A stretch of DNA of 64,000 nucleotides from an uncultured Gemmatimonadaceae bacterium (GTDB lineage: Bacteria > Latescibacterota > UBA2968 > UBA8231): contig CAZPXM010000003.1 of NCBI GenBank assembly GCA_964591015.1, positions 10,991 through 74,990 on the forward strand, in the 5' to 3' direction. Positions 59,056-64,000 of this stretch are shown here, piece by piece (within the stretch, counting starts at the first letter, position 1; each line of letters begins with the position of its first letter). The notes under the pieces are model-generated. The model saw nothing but the letters and a program-made list of their open reading frames with translations, searched no databases and was not told the origin of the DNA. The translations under genes were made by a program, and so were the position numbers.

Positions 59056-62000
59056 TCAGTAGCTGACCGCCGCCCGACTGTCCTCCAAGATCACGTCCAG
59101 GCAGAGGCTCTGCAGCTCCTTGACGAGGACATTGAACGACTCGGGAATACCGGGTTCTGGGGGATTCTCGCCCTTGACGATCGCCTCGTAGACCTTGGAG
59201 CGCCCAGCCACATCGTCCGACTTCACCGTGAGCATCTCCTGGAGCGTGTACGCCGCACCATAGGCCTCCAAAGCCCAGACCTCCATCTCGCCGAACCGCT
59301 GGCCGCCGAACTGCGCCTTCCCGCCGAGCGGCTGCTGGGTAACCAGCGAGTATGGACCGATCGAGCGCGCGTGGATCTTGTCTGCCACCAGATGCGAGAG
59401 TTTCATCATGTACACGTAGCCGACAGTCACCTCCTTGCCCAGCATCTCGCCTGTCCGCCCATCGAACAGCCGCGTCTTCCCGTTGGCCGGCAACCCGGCC
59501 TCGCTGAGCAGCTGTTTGACTTCGCCCAGAGACGCTCCATCGAAGACCGGCGTGGCAATGTGCAGCCCCAGCGTCTTTGCCGCCCACCCCAGATGGGCCT
59601 CGAAGATCTGCCCCAGGTTCATGCGCGAGGGAACACCAAGCGGATTGAGCACGATGTCAACAGTCGTTCCGTCCTCGAGATAGGGCATATCCTCCTCGGG
59701 CACGACCGCCGCCACCACACCCTTGTTGCCATGCCTCCCCGCCATCTTGTCGCCCACCGAGAGCTTCCGGCGCTTGGCGACATACACCTTGACGAGCTGG
59801 GCGATCCCCGGCGGGAGCTCGTCACCCCGCGTCAGACGCTCCAGCTGGCGTTCGGTCTGCTCGCGAACCAGCTGTGTCTGCTCGCGAGCGTACCGCAGCA
59901 GCTCGTCGACGCGCTGGCTCACCTCCCGGTCGTCTGTCCAGCCATCCTCGGGCACCAGCTCCGCGAACGGTACCCGCTCGAGCAGGCGCTCGGTCATGCT
60001 GGTTCCCTCGCGGACTGCCAGACTCCCGTCTTCGCGGTGGCGCAGCCGACCCAGCTTCCGCCCGCCCAACAGCTCCAGCAACTGACGGTCGCGTTCCGCC
60101 GCCAGAGCCGCGATTCGCTGCTCTGCGCTCCTCTCCAGCTCGGCTGCCTCCGCCTTGTCCTTCTTCCGCGATGATTCGACGCGATCTTTCCGCGAGAAAA
60201 GGCGACGACTCACCACTACACCCTCCATCCCCGGGGGTGCCTTCAGCGACGCGTCGCGCACGTCACCAGCCTTCTCGCCAAAGATGGCGCGCAGCAGGCG
60301 CTCCTCAGGAGACAGCTCGCTCTCGCCCTTTGGCGTCACCTTCCCCACAAGGATGTCGCCCGGTCCCACCTCGGCGCCGATGCGGATGATGCCCATCTCG
60401 TCCAGGTTCCGCACCGCCAGTTCGCTGACGTTGGGTATCTCTCGCGTGATCTCCTCCTGACCACGCTTCGTGTCGCGAACCTGGAGTTCAAACTCCTCGA
60501 TATGCACGGAGCTGAACACATCCTGCTTCAGCAGGCGCTCGCTCACGACAATCGCGTCCTCGAAGTTGTACCCGTACCATGGCATGAAGGCTACCAGGAC
60601 GTTGGCACCCAGCGCCAGATCACCGCGATCGGTCGACGCACCATCCGCGATCGCCTGTCCCCGTTCTACCTTGTCTCCGACCCGAACAAGGGGGCGTTGG
60701 TTCATGCAGCAGTCCTGGTTGGACCGCGCAAACTTCGTGAGGCGGTACACGTCCTCGTCGCTGCTGTCCAGGGGCGTGAGGCGGATGCTCCTCTCCTTGT
60801 CACGCCGCACCACGATCCTGTCTGCCTGGACGTGGATCACCTCGCCGGGGTTGCGCGCGAGCACGACCGCGCCCGAGTCGAGGGCAACCTTGCGCTCCAA
60901 CCCGGTGCCCACGTAGGGTGCCTCAGGGAACAGGAGCGGCACGGCCTGCCGCTGCATGTTCGAGCCCATCAGCGCGCGGTTGGCGTCATCGTGCTCCAGG
61001 AATGGGATGAGGGCGGCGGCGGCACTGACCAGCTGTTTCGGAGACACGTCCATGAAGTCGACCTCCTTGGGCGACACCATGGGGTAGTCGTCTCGGCGCC
61101 GCGCCTTGACGTGCGGGCCGATCAGCTTGCCATCCGCACCGATGCCCGCGTTGGCCTGGGCGATGGTGTACTTGTCCTCCTCTGCCGCAGTGAGGTAGAC
61201 GATCTCCTCCGTCACACGACCGTCCACCACGCGACGGTACGGCGTTTCGAGGAAGCCGAAGGAATTGACGCGGGCAAACGTGCTCAGCGACGAGATCAGT
61301 CCGATGTTCGGGCCTTCGGGCGTCTCGATGGGGCAGATGCGGCCGTAGTGCGTGTAGTGCACGTCCCTGACCTCGAATCCGGCTCGGTCTCGACTCAGGC
61401 CTCCCGGTCCGAGCGCACTCAGGCGCCGCTTGTGGGTCAACTCGTCCAGAGGGTTGGTCTGCTGCAGGAACTGCGACAGCTGACTCGAGCCAAAGAACGC
61501 CTGGATCACTGTGGAGACAGTCCGAGCGTTGACCAAGTCATGGGGCGTCAGCTTCTCATCGTCACGCAGCCCCATGCGCTCGCGGATCGTGCGGGCCATC
61601 CGCGTCAGTCCAATGCTGAACTGGTTGGAGAGCAGTTCGCCTACCAGACGCACGCGCCGGTTGCCGAGGTGATCGATATCATCGGTGTTCCCTTGCCCGG
61701 CGCGTAGCTGCAGCAGCTGCCGGATTATCGCGAGGAAGTCCTCGACGTGCAGGACCGTGCTCTTGAACGGAATCCCGACATCGAGGCGCCTGTTGATTCG
61801 GTACCGACCGACATCCCCTAGATTGTAGCGCTTGGGATTGAAGAACAGCCTGTCAAGCAGACCGCGCGCGGTCTCGATGTTGGGCGGATCACCCGGCCGC
61901 AGCAGGTTATAGATCCTCGTGAGCGCTTCGGCCTCGTTCTTGGTTGGATCCTTCCGCAGCGTGTTCTCGATGACGTCGGGATCGGCACCCTCGGGTCTCC

Positions 62001-62844
62001 TGAGGACTCTGATCTTGCTGATGCGAGCCGTTCGCAGCGCCTCGACCATGCTGTGGGTAATCTCGGCGTATCCCTCGACAATGACCTCGCCGCTGCCGCG
62101 GTCAACGATATCGTCAGCTGCGCAGAAGTACCCCACCAAGTTTTCGTCGACCGCGCGTTCGATGTCCGGCCTGAACAGGCTAAGTATCTCCCCATCCCTG
62201 GACAGCCCCAAGGCCCTGAGCAGAAGCGTCACAGGCAGCTTTCGACGTCTGTCTATGTGGACGTACATGATGTCGTTGACGTCCATGCTGAACTCTAGCC
62301 AGGGCCCCTTGTACGGCAGGACACGCGCGGAGAACAGCCGCTTGCCGTTCGGGTGTACAGTCTCGTCAAAGAAGACCCCGGGGGACCGATGCAGCTGACT
62401 GACGACGACGCGCTCGGCCCCATTGACAATGAACGTCCCCTGGTCGGTCATGAGGGGGAGCTCACCCAGGAACACCTGCTGCTCTACCACGTCCTTTACC
62501 GGGCTCTCTGGGTTGTCCTTGTCGCGCGTAACCAGCCGCAGAGTGGCCCGCAGCGGCGCCGCGAAGGTCATGCCTCGCTCGCGACACTCCTCCTCAGCAT
62601 AGCGAGGATTGCCGATCGAGTAGTCGACATACTCGAGGGAGTACACGCCTTGGGTGTCGGTCACCGGGAAGATGCTCTCGAATACCAGATGCAGTCCTCG
62701 GCGCTGTCTTTGCGAAGGCGGCGTGTCGAGTTGCAGGAAAGAGCGGTAGGAGTCGATCTGCACCGCCAGCAGGTTCGGCATCTCCACCACCTCGTGGATC
62801 TTGCCGAACGAGCGCCTATCGATGCTCGTGTTCGTCATACCCAA
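59056..62844 (-). CDS. rpoB: DNA-directed RNA polymerase subunit beta
   Basis: 1262 aa. The stop lies 1 nt before the rpoC ATG. Confidence 0.95.
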   Translation of the reverse strand: MGMTNTSIDRRSFGKIHEVVEMPNLLAVQIDSYRSFLQLDTPPSQRQRRGLHLVFESIFPVTDTQGVYSLEYVDYSIGNPRYAEEECRERGMTFAAPLRATLRLVTRDKDNPESPVKDVVEQQVFLGELPLMTDQGTFIVNGAERVVVSQLHRSPGVFFDETVHPNGKRLFSARVLPYKGPWLEFSMDVNDIMYVHIDRRRKLPVTLLLRALGLSRDGEILSLFRPDIERAVDENLVGYFCAADDIVDRGSGEVIVEGYAEITHSMVEALRTARISKIRVLRRPEGADPDVIENTLRKDPTKNEAEALTRIYNLLRPGDPPNIETARGLLDRLFFNPKRYNLGDVGRYRINRRLDVGIPFKSTVLHVEDFLAIIRQLLQLRAGQGNTDDIDHLGNRRVRLVGELLSNQFSIGLTRMARTIRERMGLRDDEKLTPHDLVNARTVSTVIQAFFGSSQLSQFLQQTNPLDELTHKRRLSALGPGGLSRDRAGFEVRDVHYTHYGRICPIETPEGPNIGLISSLSTFARVNSFGFLETPYRRVVDGRVTEEIVYLTAAEEDKYTIAQANAGIGADGKLIGPHVKARRRDDYPMVSPKEVDFMDVSPKQLVSAAAALIPFLEHDDANRALMGSNMQRQAVPLLFPEAPYVGTGLERKVALDSGAVVLARNPGEVIHVQADRIVVRRDKERSIRLTPLDSSDEDVYRLTKFARSNQDCCMNQRPLVRVGDKVERGQAIADGASTDRGDLALGANVLVAFMPWYGYNFEDAIVVSERLLKQDVFSSVHIEEFELQVRDTKRGQEEITREIPNVSELAVRNLDEMGIIRIGAEVGPGDILVGKVTPKGESELSPEERLLRAIFGEKAGDVRDASLKAPPGMEGVVVSRRLFSRKDRVESSRKKDKAEAAELERSAEQRIAALAAERDRQLLELLGGRKLGRLRHREDGSLAVREGTSMTERLLERVPFAELVPEDGWTDDREVSQRVDELLRYAREQTQLVREQTERQLERLTRGDELPPGIAQLVKVYVAKRRKLSVGDKMAGRHGNKGVVAAVVPEEDMPYLEDGTTVDIVLNPLGVPSRMNLGQIFEAHLGWAAKTLGLHIATPVFDGASLGEVKQLLSEAGLPANGKTRLFDGRTGEMLGKEVTVGYVYMMKLSHLVADKIHARSIGPYSLVTQQPLGGKAQFGGQRFGEMEVWALEAYGAAYTLQEMLTVKSDDVAGRSKVYEAIVKGENPPEPGIPESFNVLVKELQSLCLDVILEDSRAAVSY

Positions 62845-63026
62845 GGCTCGAACTCCCTGTAGCAGGTCGAAGGCAAAAGCTCATGGACCAACTGAGCATC
62901 TCCCCAGTCCCAGCAGATGCCCAGTGTTCCATGAGCTTTCGGTTCAGGTACGCGATGGCTAGCAGCTTTGTTGCCGTGGTCTACGAGGCTCTGACCCGCC
63001 AATTGCGGCGACCGCGGGGTACGGAA
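62845..63026 (-). promoter_or_regulatory. rplL-rpoB intergenic leader (candidate attenuator/processing region)
   Basis: A 182-bp non-coding spacer in the conserved position of the rplL-rpoB attenuator. It contains the imperfect palindrome ccgccaattgcggcg. Confidence 0.3.
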
Positions 63027-63431
63027 CTACCTCAATTCGACCGTTGCGCCCGCCTCCTGCAGACGGCTGCGGATCTGCTCCGCCTCCTCCTTGGTCACGC
63101 CCTCCTTGATGGGCTTCGGTGCCTCATCGACCAGTGCCTTGGCTTCTCTCAGACCAAGGCTCGTGATCTCGCGCACCACCTTGATCACCTGGATCTTCTT
63201 CTCGCCGGCGTTCGCCAGAACAACATCAAACGAGTCCTTCTCCTCGCTGGCCGCGCTCTCACCCGCAGCCGCGGCCGGTGCGGCGCCCACGGCCGCGACC
63301 GGCGCAGCCGCCGAGACGCCGAACTTGCCTTCCAGAGCCTTGACCAACTCCGCAAGCTCAAGCACGGTGAGGCCACCGATGCTTTCGATGATCTGCTCAA
63401 TCTTCGCGCTGCCGTGCGTCGCTTCCGTCAT
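63027..63431 (-). CDS. rplL: 50S ribosomal protein L7/L12
   Basis: 134 aa with an Ala-rich hinge and a C-terminal [26 protein letters not shown]. Confidence 0.95.
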   Translation of the reverse strand: MTEATHGSAKIEQIIESIGGLTVLELAELVKALEGKFGVSAAAPVAAVGAAPAAAAGESAASEEKDSFDVVLANAGEKKIQVIKVVREITSLGLREAKALVDEAPKPIKEGVTKEEAEQIRSRLQEAGATVELR

Positions 63432-63499
63432 CTCGACAAGGCTCCTGTCTGCTGTGTCTGGTGTTGGGTGGATCTTCTGTCCGCAGCGACCCGGCAGTA

Positions 63500-64000
63500 C
63501 TATCCTTCCGCAGGCGCGGCGGAGCTGTACGACTCCTCGCTTCTCTTCCTGTCCTGGATTGCGGTGAGCACCCCGACGACACCCCTCAACAGAGCGGTAA
63601 GCACCCCCGCCAGTGCGTACAATGGCCCCTGCACAGCACCCACGAGCTTCGCAAGCATCTCCTCCCGCGGCGGCAGCTGAGCCAGGGCGATGACCTGCTC
63701 TGGCGTCAGCACCTGCCCCCCCACATACCCTGCCTTCACGGCCAGTTTTCCCCCGCCGACGGCGAAATCGTGCAGTATCTTCGCCGTCCCCACTGGATCG
63801 CTCGTTGCCAGCGTGACCGACGTCGGTCCGACCAGATGGGGCCCAAGCGAGCAGACCCCCGCCCTCTCGGCCGCAAGCCTGGCCAGACGGCTCTTCACCA
63901 CTAGGTGCCGCGCCCCGCTCTCGCGCAGCTTACGACGCAGCACCGTGTCCGATGCCACATCGATGCCCGTAAAATCGGACAGGTAGATCGCCTGAGCTTC
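63500..64000 (-). CDS. rplJ: 50S ribosomal protein L10 (C-terminal portion; N-terminus lies beyond the window end)
   Basis: The translation aligns to the central and C-terminal parts of L10. The ATG at 63958 in the ORF track is internal, and about 35 N-terminal residues are missing. Confidence 0.85.
   Translation of the reverse strand, partial: EAQAIYLSDFTGIDVASDTVLRRKLRESGARHLVVKSRLARLAAERAGVCSLGPHLVGPTSVTLATSDPVGTAKILHDFAVGGGKLAVKAGYVGGQVLTPEQVIALAQLPPREEMLAKLVGAVQGPLYALAGVLTALLRGVVGVLTAIQDRKRSEESYSSAAPAEG

Overview
This is a high-GC (about 70%) bacterial chromosomal window that splits into two parts. From about 37.4 kb to the window end, the minus strand carries the conserved translation and transcription supercluster in the order rplJ (partial), rplL, rpoB, rpoC, rpsL, rpsG, fusA, tuf, rpsJ, rplD, rplW, rplB, rpsS, rplV, rpsC, rplP, rpmC, rpsQ, rplN, rplX, rplE, rpsN (short zinc-ribbon type), rpsH, rplF, rplR, rpsE, rpmD, rplO, secY, rpsM, rpsK, rpsD, rpoA, rplQ, followed by an RlmD-like rRNA methyltransferase. 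Two gaps stand out: rplC is missing between rpsJ and rplD, and adk, map, infA and rpmJ are missing between secY and rpsM. From 1 to about 37.4 kb there are accessory and metabolic genes. The first group is an uncharacterised catabolic island with an MlrC-like M81 peptidase, a cytoplasmic sialidase-fold protein, an HpcH aldolase, a 661-aa protein of unknown function, a Gfo/Idh/MocA oxidoreductase, an IolD/acetolactate-synthase-like thiamine diphosphate (TPP) enzyme and a URO-D-like protein. Next come an inositol monophosphatase gene and a uridine kinase-like gene. The most unusual feature is a tightly packed 12-gene minus-strand super-operon of about 14.8 kb. A MoxR AAA+ ATPase and a DUF58 protein are followed by a GldA/GldF/GldG-type ABC transporter whose GldG-like component is a tandem fusion, then a triple-repeat DUF4340 protein and a membrane protein. 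The operon ends with a complete BatA-BatE (aerotolerance-type) VWA/TPR gene set. This inserts an ABC exporter into the middle of a canonical MoxR-DUF58-Bat operon. Other notable genes are a ClpX-like ATPase without the zinc-binding domain, transcribed divergently from a TPR plus periplasmic-binding-protein fusion, and a sigma-54 activator. No rRNA, tRNA, CRISPR array or mobile element was recognised. All calls come from reading translations, motifs, gene order, start-codon context and hairpins by eye. No database searches were run.
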